Shown: in pieces, positions 13,922 to 26,660 of the stretch
Position numbering within the stretch: position 1 is the first letter of the stretch
How the letters are laid out: every line of letters starts with the position of its first letter
Assembly (NCBI GenBank): GCA_965203485.1
Contig: OZ241892.1
Span: 352,001-416,000, forward strand
Direction of reading: 5' to 3'
Origin: Longimicrobiales bacterium
Lineage (GTDB): Bacteria > Gemmatimonadota > Gemmatimonadetes > Longimicrobiales > Gaopeijiaceae
Length of the DNA: 64,000 nucleotides
Program-made: the position numbers and the translations under genes
The notes under the pieces: generated by a model
The model's input: only the letters and a program-made list of their open reading frames with translations
The model's database searches: none
What the model was told of the DNA's origin: nothing

Positions 13922-16146
13922 GCCATGGTCCAGACCGCCTTCCTCCGCTCCATCAACATCCAGCTCGACGCCGGGCATCCCGAGCGCTTCGAGCACTTTC
14001 GACCAACGTCCAAGTCCGTGCGCTTGGTCTCGTCGCTGCTCCAAGGCGAGACGGGGAACGCGGTCTTCGTCGTTGCGCCGTACGGGTCCGGCAAGTCCGT
14101 CACGGCGGGATACGTAGGGCACTTGGTGGAAAACCGCCCCGAGGCCGCGGCGATGTTGCGCTTGGTCGAGGATCGGTTGGCGGGAATCGGCCCGGATCTG
14201 CGCAACCAAGTGGCGCGTAGGCGGACGGCGCCGCGACGGGGGCTGTTCGTCCCCCTCTACGGCCATGTGGACTCCGCGCCGGCCGCTCTGCGGAAGGGGT
14301 TGCTGGACGCGATGCGCCGAACGTCTTTGGGCAGGGAAGCGCGATCCGTCGCCGCGTTGGACGCGACGCGCGCCAACGACGTCCCCGCCCTGGTGAACGC
14401 ATGCCTCTGCAAGCTCGAACAAAGCGGACGGGATCGCTTGGTGATCGTTTGGGACGAGTTCGGACGCCACCTTCAAGGCTTGGTCTCGGAGGGCAGGCCG
14501 GAGGAGCTGGACGTGCTGCAGGCGTTGGCCGAGGTGGCCAGCCGCAGCGCCGGCGTTCCCGTGTCGCTCGTGCTGCTCCTGCACCGGTCCCTTCTCGGCT
14601 ACGCAACCGGATTGCCGCCGGGCTTGCGGCGAGAGTGGGCCAAGATCGAAGGCCGGTTCGAGACCCTCCAGTACGTGGACGACTCCACGGAGTTGTACGA
14701 ACTGGTGAGCTCGCTCGTTGCCGAGAACCGAGCCGTAGCAACGCCGAAAGCGGACTTCGCGCGCTTGGCGGCCGAAGCGAGAGACGCCGGGATGTTCCCG
14801 GACGTCGCCGAGGACCGCTTGGCCGGCATTCTGGCGGCGGCCCACCCGCTGTCCCCGGCAACGGTCTACCTGCTGCCTCGCGCAGCAGCCCGCGTCGCCC
14901 AGAACGAGCGCACTCTGTTCTCGTTTCTGCAGTGGGCGTCCTTGGACGCGCCGGTCTCGCCCGGAGCCTTGTACGACTACTTCCGAGGCGACTTCCGCAC
15001 GGACGGAGGCGCCGGCGGAACGCAACGCCCGTGGCTGGAGACCGAGAGCGCCTTGGGCAAGGTGGCGGACGGCTCGCTGGAGGCGGAAGCGCTCAAGAGC
15101 GCGTTTCTCCTGGGCCTGGGCCTGAGCGGGGAGCGGGGCCACGCAACCCGCAAGCAGCTGGCCTTCGCGTTGAAGGATGCTTGCGAAGAGACCGAATCCG
15201 GCGCGGACGGCGCAAGCCTCCCCGCTCTGCGTCTTGAGCCGGGGGTTGCTGGTGAAGATCAAGCGACGGGGCCCGGCCGCGCGGTCGACGAACTCGTGAA
15301 GCGGAACCTTCTCGTGCACCGGCGCCATTCGGACCAAGTCGTCGTTTGGCACGGGACCGACGTGGACTTGCGCGGCCGCTTGGAGGACGAGAAGAAGCGC
15401 CACGCGGGCGACTTCGATCTGGTCTCCTTCCTGGGGCGGGAGTTGCGCCCCCCCGTGTGGAGGCCCGTGGAATACAACGCAAGGCACGGAATAAGGCGCT
15501 ACTTGGAGGCCGAATACGCCACCTTCGCGGGGTTGGAGGCATTTTGGGATCGAATTCGGCTGGAGGGCTGGACGCCCGGGACGGACGGCCGCGTGCTGCA
15601 CGTGCTGCCGCAAGACGCGGACGAACTTGTCCAGGCCGAGGACATGGCCGCCGGCATCGGCGATCCGAGATTGTTCGTCGCGGTGGCGCGTGAAGTCTCG
15701 GCCCTCCGCAACGCCGCCGTCGATCTGTGGTGCCTGTTGCGGATGCACGCCGACCAGGACATGATTGGCGCCGATCCCATGATTGGCGCCGAACTCAACC
15801 ATCTCACCGACGACGCCCGAGCTGGGTTGCAGTCGCTTGCGGACCGTGTGCTGCGCCCCCAGCCCAACGGCAGCCGCTGGTTCCGCAAGGGCCGTCCGGT
15901 CGAGGCGGCCGACTTGCCGCAGTTGCGCCGGGCGCTGTCGCAAGCCATGGAGGAGGTGTTTGCCCTCACGCCCGAGATCGATTCGGAAATGGTGGTCCGG
16001 CGGTCGCCGTCGCCGGTGATCGTGAACGCCCGCAAGAAGGTCGAACTCGGCTTGTTGGAACGGTACGGCCGGGAGGACCTCGGCATCGAGGGCAACTCCG
16101 CCGACAAGGCGATCTTCAGGAGCGTGTTCCTGAGGACGGGTCTGTA

Positions 16147-16290
16147 CTGCCCAAACGGCAACTCCGCCGGTTCCCCGCGCGCGGGCGAGACCTGCCAAAA
16201 TGGCAGAACTCGGGTCTCGGAGGCCGAAGAAACCTGCCAAAATGGCAGTATGCTGAGGGCCAGAAAAGACGAAACCTGCCAAAATGGCAG
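16147..16290. repeat. In-frame palindromic repeat array, core CTGCCAAAATGGCAG, with dissimilar spacers
   Basis: Exact cores at 16192, 16234, 16276 (42-bp period); degenerate copy CTGCCCAAACGGCAA at 16147; encodes ETCQNG x3. Confidence 0.9.
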
Positions 16291-16659
16291 AACCTGGTTC
16301 CTGGCCGCTCCCGAGGACATGACCGGTCGTCCTGGCTTGAAGGCCGTCTGGGGTCGCGTCCGGGACTTCTTCGCGGAGCCCGGCAGGTCCAAGCCCTTCG
16401 GTGTTCTGCTCGACGAACTGAAGGAGCCGCCCTTCGGCGTGCGAGAAGGTCTCCTGCCGTTGCTTCTCGCCGCCGGCTTCCGAGCATTTCCCTCCGCAGC
16501 AACAATCCGCAAGGGCCGCGTGTTAGTGGACGACGTGTTGCCCTCGACGGTCGAGGACATCGCAAAGCACCCTGACCAATACGTCCTGGACGTAGTGGAC
16601 CTCGGGTCGGCCGAGAGGGCGTACCTGAACGCGTTGTCCGGTTTGTTCGGCATTACTTC

Positions 16660-16684
16660 GGGGGGGGGGGGGGGGGGGGGGGGG
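16660..16684. repeat. G25 homopolymer tract
   Basis: 25 consecutive G counted directly. Confidence 0.95.
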
Positions 16685-17563
16685 AGAGGCCCCATTACGC
16701 GGTTGCATAGCGGGTCTCCGAGAGTGGAGCCAACGGCTTCCGCGTAGCGCCGCGACGTCGCGTTTCCTCTCGCAGGAGGCGCGGACATTTGCCAGGGAAC
16801 TCGAGTCGGCCGACGCCGTCGCATTCCTCTTGGACCACCTGCCGCGTCTCGCGGGCGGATCCGTCGGCTCGCCCGAGTTGCTGGACGGAATCGCAGGGAT
16901 CAAGTCCGAGCTCGAGCGCGTAGGCACGACATTTCGGGACGAGGCCGTCCGTGCACTGCGCGAGGCCCTCGTGGCGCGTGGCGTCGCCGACGGCTTCGGC
17001 GGGTTGCCGAGTTGCCCTGCCGTGCGTGACGACGACCGCGCCACCGGTTGCGTTGTACCCAGTGCAACCAAAATTAACAACGCCGACTCGCACCCACCGG
17101 CGGTGGCTTTCACGTCTTGCGCCAGCGCCAACGCGCGCGATCACGCCGCGGCCTGGGCGGCGTGCTTCCCCGAGTCCTTCGTTGCCCACCTCGCGGACCG
17201 AGTGGCCAAGGGGGTCCTGACCCTTCTCGCCAAGCCGCACGACGACGACGGCGCGCTCGCAAACGCCCTGTCCACGCTGTTGCTGGGCCTGCCGCTCCAT
17301 CAGTGGAACGACGCCTCTCCGTCTTCGTTCCGCCGACAGCTGCACAGCGTGCTCGAGACGATCGAGGGCGCCGCGTTCGATCTGGCCCGCCGTCGCGGCC
17401 CGGATTCCGAGATCAGATCCGGGCTGGCCAAGCTGGCCGACGCCCGAACGCGCCAACTGGCCTCCCGTCTCGCCGAGTTGCTCGGCCGCGAAGAGGCCGC
17501 GCGCACGCTGGAAGCGGTCGCGGCACGCTTGCACGCGTCGGCCGGCGTCACCGCAGGCCGCCC

Positions 17564-18364
17564 ATGACGACCACCGACCAAGCCGCCGCGCTCGGCGCCG
17601 ACGGCGGGCACCGTCACATCGTCAACGTCTCGGGCGGCAAGGACTCGGCCGCCCTCGCCCTGTTCATGCAGGACCGCTACCCCTCCTTGGCCGTCGAGTA
17701 CGTCTTCTGCGACACCGGTTGCGAGTTGCCCGAGACCTACCAGTACCTGACCCGCCTCGAAGCCGTCTTGGGACAGAAGATCGCGCGCCTGAACGCCCTC
17801 GACCTGCTCGGCATCGCCAAGAAGCCCGGCCGAAACCCGTTCGACATCTGGTTGCACGAGGTCTACGGCGGCTTCCTCCCCAGCCCGCGCGCCCGCTGGT
17901 GCACCCGCGTACTGAAGATCAAGCCGTTCGAACACCATGTCGGCGACGACAAGGCGTTCAGCTACATCGGCATCCGCGGCGACGAGCACCGCGAAGGCTA
18001 CGCCTCCTCCAAGCCCCCCGTCTTCTCCGAGCAGCCGAACATCGTCCCCGTCTACCCATTCAAGGACCACGCCTTGGGACTCAACGACATCCACATGATC
18101 CTGGAGACCTCGGGACTCGGCCTGCCGAGCTACTACGAGTGGCGCTCTCGCTCAGGCTGCTACTTCTGCTTCTACCAGCAGGTGGGCGAATGGCAGGGGC
18201 TCAAGGAACGCCATCCCGAATGGTTCGAGCGGGCGAAGGAATACGAGGCGGCTGGCTTCACGTGGGTGGACGGTCGGACCTTGGAGGACATCGCCGCGCA
18301 GCCGAAGCGAGAACCGATTTCGGCGGCGGATGGCGGCGGCGGATGCGCGATATGCCATCTGTGA
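17564..18364 (+). CDS. sspD: PAPS-reductase-family PP-loop protein (SspD-like)
   Basis: SGGKDS PP-loop, DTGCELPETY, RWCTRVLKIKP, RSGCYFCFYQ, C-terminal CAICHL; ATGA overlap with sspC. Confidence 0.88.
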   Translation: MTTTDQAAALGADGGHRHIVNVSGGKDSAALALFMQDRYPSLAVEYVFCDTGCELPETYQYLTRLEAVLGQKIARLNALDLLGIAKKPGRNPFDIWLHEVYGGFLPSPRARWCTRVLKIKPFEHHVGDDKAFSYIGIRGDEHREGYASSKPPVFSEQPNIVPVYPFKDHALGLNDIHMILETSGLGLPSYYEWRSRSGCYFCFYQQVGEWQGLKERHPEWFERAKEYEAAGFTWVDGRTLEDIAAQPKREPISAADGGGGCAICHL

Positions 18365-18852
18365 CGCAGACCTTGCCGCGAGGATGGAGCCTGGATACCA
18401 AGCACTGGCGCATGCTCGCCGACAGCGATCTCGGCTGCGGTTGGAAGGTCGTACCCTTCGTCGAACAATGGCGAAGGGACCCGCCGGAGACATCTGGCGT
18501 GTACGTGATCAGCGGCTCTCCTCCGATTGAAGGACCGCTGTCGTCGTCCTGGTGTCCGCTCTATGTCGGGCAGACGCAGAATCTACGCGCCCGTTTCGCA
18601 GATCATCTGGGCAACAAGACGAACGTGCGCCGCATTCGCTTCTTTTCGTCTTTGAGATTTCACTTCTTTACGGTTCCCGGCGACACGCGCAGGCGCCGGA
18701 TCGTAGAACAACTACTCCTGGACGCCTTTGGCCCGGCTGCGAACGCAAGGCGATCTCTCGGCGTCACCGTCGGTCCAGAAATAAAGGGCATCGTCAAGCG
18801 TGGCCTTGCCTTAGCCAAGACAACATCCATCAAGAAAGCCGAATCGACATGA
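18361..18852 (+). CDS. GIY-YIG nuclease-family protein
   Basis: SGVYVI...LYVGQTQNLRARFADH...VEQLL...PAAN pattern; GTGA overlap with sspD and ATGA overlap with the next gene. Confidence 0.8.
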   Translation: MTQTLPRGWSLDTKHWRMLADSDLGCGWKVVPFVEQWRRDPPETSGVYVISGSPPIEGPLSSSWCPLYVGQTQNLRARFADHLGNKTNVRRIRFFSSLRFHFFTVPGDTRRRRIVEQLLLDAFGPAANARRSLGVTVGPEIKGIVKRGLALAKTTSIKKAEST

Positions 18853-19325
18853 ATCTTTATCCTGCAATTCACGCGACGATGGGCAGCTGGACCTATTACA
18901 TCGTAAAGCTCACGATGAGAGAGGTACAGGAACACATAAAATTCGCTCATGACATCCACGATGATCACACTCTCGATGATGCGATTCAGCGCACCATCAA
19001 CGAATCCAGAGTAAAGAAGGAAATCGTCTCGTATTTGCAGCGCCAGCACGATCGGTTCTTTTCTTCTCTTGTCGTCGCAGCTCTTGAAGGAAACCCCATC
19101 TGGTATCCAATTTCTATCGCCGACGACGAAAAATTTGCGATCTTCAAGGACGATTCCCGTCTTGCTTCTGCGTTCGGCGTCCTTAAGTTCGACGGGATGT
19201 CGAGCGACAACCAAGATGAGACGGTAGCGGCAACCAAGATGAGACTGCCGGAGGCGGCCGTGATCTGAGGTCGAGGGATTCGGACGCGGGTTCGGTCCTG
19301 TCGTTCGGAGGCCGGCCGTCGGTGA

Positions 19326-21748
<2,423 letters not shown>

Positions 21749-23644
21749 CCGCCCGGCTGCCCGGCCCAACGCCCGCGCCGACGACCGACCACCTGATCGG
21801 CGCCCGGGCTCGCTTCCACAACCGCCTCCGACTCGCAACCCCGGCGCCGGCGCTCGTGCGGAAGTCCCATGAAACAACCCGAATTCAGGGGTATCCCAGG
21901 TCGGGTCCGTGCGAGACCTCGCGTTAGACGGCCAGCAGCGGCCTCGAATTCCGGCAAGACCAGCCAACTCTCCGCGATCAAGCGCTTTGGGTCGGACGGG
22001 TGCCTGCTCCAGGGCCTCACTTGCCCCATGCCCAACCCCCTCGTCTTGACCCGTTCCACCTCCGTTGCCATCGTTCCTGTCACGATCCTGGACGTCTCAT
22101 CCTGATTGTCGCCGGGGTCTTATCCTGATTGTCGCTCTACAACGGGACGCAAAAATATTATGCATTGGACGGCCAGCACCGCCTCTCGGCAATCAGAACG
22201 CTCCTCGATTCTTCGGGAGACGAATGGAAGAACGCGCCGAAGGACTTCGCCAACGAAGAAATCTCCGTAATCATAGTGATGCCACCACAGGGGGATTCGT
22301 CGAACGACTTCTTCAAGCGATATCGGCGATTGTTCGGCAACCTTAATCGATATGCCAAACCGACTTCCCACTTTACCAACATCGTGATGGACGAGGACGA
22401 CACATTTGCGATTCTCACGCGACGATTGATCACCGAGCATGACTTCTTCAAGGCAAAAGAGGTGCCATACAAGGATTCACCCCGAATCAAGATGAAAAAA
22501 GGAAAAAACGTTGTCGGCAGGAGTACCGTATTCACAAGCCTGGAGACGCTCTACGCGATGAATGAACATCTTCTCAAGTCGCCGACGCGGCTCAATGCGG
22601 GATGGACGGACCGGACCTTCAAGGCATTTCGTCCGGATGACGACGAGCTGGACGACCTCTTCGGAGAATTGCGAAGACTCTGGGATGCTCTACTCGCGGT
22701 GTTGCCTGGCTTGCGCATGGACCCCGTCGTCATGCGATGTCATTCCAAAGAAAGCGACAAAGACTGCCTCCACAAGACCGAGAACATTGAGTGCGACGAT
22801 TCCGCGCTCTTTTGGCCCGTCACGCAGGAAATTCTTGCGAAGATGGCCCGAAAGTTAGTTGATGAAGACAACGTGGACGTCGATGGGACGTCGAGCTTCG
22901 AGAAGCGCTTGGAGCCATTGGCCCGGATCAAGTGGTCTCTTTGGATGCCTCCGTGGCGCAATTTGATTTTGATTCAGGACGGCAGCGGGTCCTGGAAGAT
23001 GAGAAACGAGGAACGAGCGAAGGCGGTAGAGGTCGCCGAGCGCATTCTCCTGTGGCAGCTGGGCATTGCATCTCTCGACCGCGACGGCCTGAGGGATCTC
23101 CGGGATGCTTGGCAACAATACCTGTTGCCCGACTTGGCGCCGCATAGGAAGGACGACATGTGGGAGGAGATCGAGTCGGCTCGCGCCCTTGGGTGATCGG
23201 CTTCGGCGAATCAGTTGTCGTCACCGAACGCTCGGCGTCGCCGTGGCGCGATATCAAATGACTGGACCAGGAAGGTCGACGACAGGCGACGCCCTTCCCT
23301 CTCGAACATATATCCACGCACGGCGAGTGGTTGCCGTTGGCGATTGCGGGCGTCGGCATTTGGTCGCCTGCGAGCGGCGTGGGAACGCCGGACGCCTTAC
23401 GGTGTCGCCGACGGCGGTGGAACCGCATCGAGGTGTTGTTGCCGGACGGTTTGCGAAAGCAGTGGAATGGAGTAGCCGGGCTGACGGTTGGGTCGCCGAT
23501 CGCTTGGACGGAGGTCTGGAGTTGCCCCGGTATGGTGGACGGGCAAGGATCTTGGGTTCAGATGGTGCAATGTGAAACATGACTTTAGGAAGGACGGAGG
23601 CGCAAGGGCGCCGAACGGTCTCGTGTCGAGGGGGTCGGTGCACT

Positions 23645-24493
23645 TTACGCGACCGCACGCTTGCGCTCGAAGCCGGCGGGGGATTCGTAGCCGAGCGCCG
23701 AGTGTCGGCGCCGCGAGTTGTAGAAGCCTTCGATGAAGGCGAAGACGGCGCGCCGGGCTTCGGCCGGACTTGTGAACTGGCAACGGTCCAGCAACTCGCA
23801 TTCCAACGTGGCGAAGAAGCTCTCGCACATCGCGTTGTCGTAGGCGTCGCCCACCGAGCCCGTCGAGCGACGCACGCCGGCCTTCCTGCACCGCTCGCCG
23901 AACGCCCAGGACGTGTACTGCGACCCCTGGTCCGAGTGATGGATCACGGTCTCTGGACTGCGGTTCTCGACGGCCATGGCGAGCGCGCGCTCGACGAGTT
24001 CGCCGCGCAGGTGCGTCTCCATGGCCCAGCCGACGACGCGGCGGCTCCAGGCGTCGACGACGACCGCCAGGTAGAGCCATCCGGCCCCGGCCGGCACGTA
24101 CGTGATGTCGGCGACCCAGAGCTGGTCGGGGCCTTCGGCGCTGAAGTCGCGCTCGACCAAGTCCGGAGCCGGGCGCGCGTGGGCGTCGCGCACCGTCAGC
24201 GCCACCTTGCGGCGCCTGCGGCTCGCGCCTTCGATGCCCTCCTCGCGCATGAGGCGGGCGACGCGCTTCGGACCGACGCGCTCGCCCCAGGCCGCGAGAT
24301 CGGCGTGGATGCGCGGTCGCCCGTACGTCCGCCGGCTCGCTTCCCAGCTGCGGCGCACCAAGACGCGCAACGCGTCGTCGCGCAACGCGCTCGCCGATCG
24401 GGGACGCTTCAGCCATGCATAGAAGCCGCTCGGGGAGAGACCGAGGACGCGGCACATCGCGCGCACGGGAAACACGGCCCGGTGCGCTTTCAC
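23645..24493 (-). CDS. IS3 OrfB (DDE integrase core)
   Basis: WVADITY, HHSDQGSQY, DNAMCESFF, YNSRRRHSALGY. Confidence 0.93.
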   Translation of the reverse strand: MKAHRAVFPVRAMCRVLGLSPSGFYAWLKRPRSASALRDDALRVLVRRSWEASRRTYGRPRIHADLAAWGERVGPKRVARLMREEGIEGASRRRRKVALTVRDAHARPAPDLVERDFSAEGPDQLWVADITYVPAGAGWLYLAVVVDAWSRRVVGWAMETHLRGELVERALAMAVENRSPETVIHHSDQGSQYTSWAFGERCRKAGVRRSTGSVGDAYDNAMCESFFATLECELLDRCQFTSPAEARRAVFAFIEGFYNSRRRHSALGYESPAGFERKRAVA

Positions 24494-24804
24494 GAACTCG
24501 AACCCTCTCCGGGAATCGAGCCGCTCTCCCGAGCGAACCAGGCCGCGGCTTTTTTTAGAATGTCGCGCTCGAGGCGCAACTGCTTGTTCTCCCGCTTCAG
24601 GCGGCGCAACTCGTCCCGCTCGCGCGTCGTCGTCCCGTCGTCGCGACGGCCCTCGTCGAGATCGGCCTGCTCGACCCAGTTGCGGATCGTCGGCGCCGAC
24701 GGCTCGAACTCACGCGCCAGCGCCTCCGGCGACCGGCCCGAACGCGCCAGATCCACCATTCGCCGCCGGTACTCCAGCGGGTACTGCTTGCGTTTCTTCG
24801 GCAT
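24490..24804 (-). CDS. IS3 OrfA (HTH); probable -1 programmed frameshift into OrfB
   Basis: HTH plus ELRRLKRENKQL zipper; slippery A7G (CTAAAAAAAGCC on minus strand, T run 24550-24556). Confidence 0.9.
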   Translation of the reverse strand: MPKKRKQYPLEYRRRMVDLARSGRSPEALAREFEPSAPTIRNWVEQADLDEGRRDDGTTTRERDELRRLKRENKQLRLERDILKKAAAWFARESGSIPGEGSSS

Positions 24805-26297
24805 CGTGGACTCCTCCTCGTCCCGAAAGATTGAACGTGTCCACCATGCCGGGGCAACTCCAGGTCGTCTGGTTGAGATCAGGCTTCCGGCGATCCGCGA
24901 GGGCTGGTCAAGTTACGAGGGCAGGTCGACGGTCGGCAGAATCATCATGCCGATGTTGACAACCGATCGACGGCGGCTTCCACTGTATGCGTACCAAAGA
25001 GAAGGACTCCGCAGGCTCATACGATCTCCCCGGTTTCTGCTTGCCGACGACATGGGGCTCGGAAAGACCATCCAGGCCGTAGTGGGCGCAAAACGATTGT
25101 TGGAAAGGGGACTCGTGCGCAGAATCTTGGTTGTGGCCCCGGTATCCGTCTTGCGCAATTGGGCCGTCGAGTTCGGGCGGTGGGCGCCAGAAGCATGCGT
25201 TCGAATTGCCATGGGGGCGTCGGCGCATGTCGCCTTTGAGGACTGCTGGAAGAACACTCATGTAATGGTGACGAACTACGAACAAATGCGTACGCCCGCT
25301 GCTGCGGTCTTGGAGCATCCGCCGGGATTGTTAGTGTTGGATGAAGCCCACAAGGTGAAGAAGTGGCGGTCGCAGAGGACGGAAGGAATTAGGAGAATTG
25401 ACGCGCGTTGCATATGGGCGCTGACGGGAACGCCGCTCGAGAAGGGCGAATTGGACCTTATTGGACTCATGAGTCTCCTGTTGCCGTCGAAGTTCAGTTT
25501 GCTGGATCGCGATCTTCCTCCGTCGATGTTGCGGGCACGAATCGAACCGTACGTGTGTAGACGAGAGAAGGCTGATGTACTCCGCGACTTGCCGCCAATA
25601 CAATATAGGAAGGAGAGTATACAGCTAACACCGAGGCAACGAGAAGCATACCAGAAGCTTGAATCGGAGATGAACACTACGGACGAACCTCTCGCCGTCT
25701 TTAGTCGGCTTCGCGAAGCCTGCGACTATGATCGCGCGACCGGCGACAGCGCGAAGATCGAGCGAGCATCAGAGCTCTTGGAGCGGATGTGCAGTAGCAG
25801 TGGGGCGAAGGCCGTTGTGTTCTCATACTTGCTGAAGCCGCTTAGACTTCTTCGAGCACGCTTGGAGGACATGAAACTGCCGTTCTGCGGCATCTATGAT
25901 GGTAGCTTGGAGGCATCGGAACGCCAGGCGCTCCTTGACGAGTTCTCGGCGCTCGAAAACGGAGCATTGCTGGCGTCGATGAGGGCGGCGGGAGAGGGCT
26001 TGACGCTTGTGGAGGCGAATCATGTGGTGCTGATCAATCGATGGTGGAACCCTTCGGCGAACCAACAAGCGATAGATCGCGTCCATCGCATTGGGCAACG
26101 GAAGCCCGTGACCGTCCATTGGCTGGAGGCGGTGAACACCCTGGACGAACGTTTGACCAAGATGTTGGGGAACAAGGAAGAGCGTTTTGAAGAGGTGATC
26201 GGACGTCTTCGACAAGGGCTGGCGACGCCGAAGGGGAGTCAGCCGAAGGCTTGAGGGCCGCTTCGGTCCTTGCGATCCGCTGGGTCCGAGCGAGCCG

Positions 26298-26660
26298 TCA
26301 GCGACTTCTGGCCGCCTGGGCCAGGAAGTCGCGTCCGGTGGCGCAGTCGATAAGCAGGTCGGCAATCTCGGCGAAGCGCTCCGCATCGGCGCGGTCGTCC
26401 AGCAACGCGGCAAGCTGGTCGGCGGTCTTTGGACCGAACTTCCGATGGGTTACGCGCAGCAAGGTGGCCCGTCTGCCCTCCCGCCGTCCGGCGCTCTGAC
26501 CTTCCGCGCGGCCTTTCGTGCGGCCTTCTTCAAGGCCTTTCGCGCGGCCTTCTTCAAGGCCCTCCTCGAGGCCCTTGGTGCGAGCCTCTCGGCGCTCCTT
26601 CGCCCACCATGTCTCGTAAACGGGGTTCTTGAGGTCTTCCAGCTCGTTCAGTCGCGCCAT
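26298..26660 (-). CDS. Putative internally initiated C-terminal Rpn protein (RpnS-like, 120 aa)
   Basis: In-frame ATG at 26660 preceded by AAGGAGG-AGACC on the minus strand. Confidence 0.5.
   Translation of the reverse strand: MARLNELEDLKNPVYETWWAKERREARTKGLEEGLEEGRAKGLEEGRTKGRAEGQSAGRREGRRATLLRVTHRKFGPKTADQLAALLDDRADAERFAEIADLLIDCATGRDFLAQAARSR

Larger units (their letters stand above)
13925..17567 (+). pseudogene. sspC: SspC-like P-loop ATPase, frameshifted at a G25 tract (about 1213 aa if one G is removed)
   Basis: Walker A APYGSGKS, Walker B IVWDEFG, HPLSP..VAQNERTLFSFL, LKEPPFGVREG; frame stops at 16747, while the +1 frame is open from the G tract to TGA 17567, which overlaps the sspD ATG. 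Confidence 0.8.
23517..24862 (-). mobile_element. IS3-family insertion sequence (1346 bp)
   Basis: Terminal IRs TGGAGTTGCCCCGG(T/C)ATGGTGGAC at both ends; 4-bp TSD GGTC (23513-23516, 24863-24866); orfA/orfB inside. Confidence 0.95.
23258..26254 (+). pseudogene. SNF2-family helicase/ATPase interrupted by IS3; pieces 23258-23516 and 24867-26254
   Basis: LYAYQREG, ADDMGLGKT, DEAH, LTGTP, AAGEGLTL, WWNP..QAIDRVHRIGQ; removing the IS rejoins an open frame of 548 aa from ATG 23258 (start uncertain). Confidence 0.82.

Noticed and set aside
16147..16290. True CRISPR array
   Set aside because: Only 3-4 repeats of about 20 nt with 22-nt spacers, inside a coding frame, with no cas genes or leader in the window
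17564..18364. Sulfate assimilation cysH/cysD
   Set aside because: No cys genes nearby; context and Cys motifs fit a PT-system protein
23579..26254. 891-aa ORF as one protein
   Set aside because: Its N-terminal half is the antisense of the IS3 transposase running into the SNF2 frame
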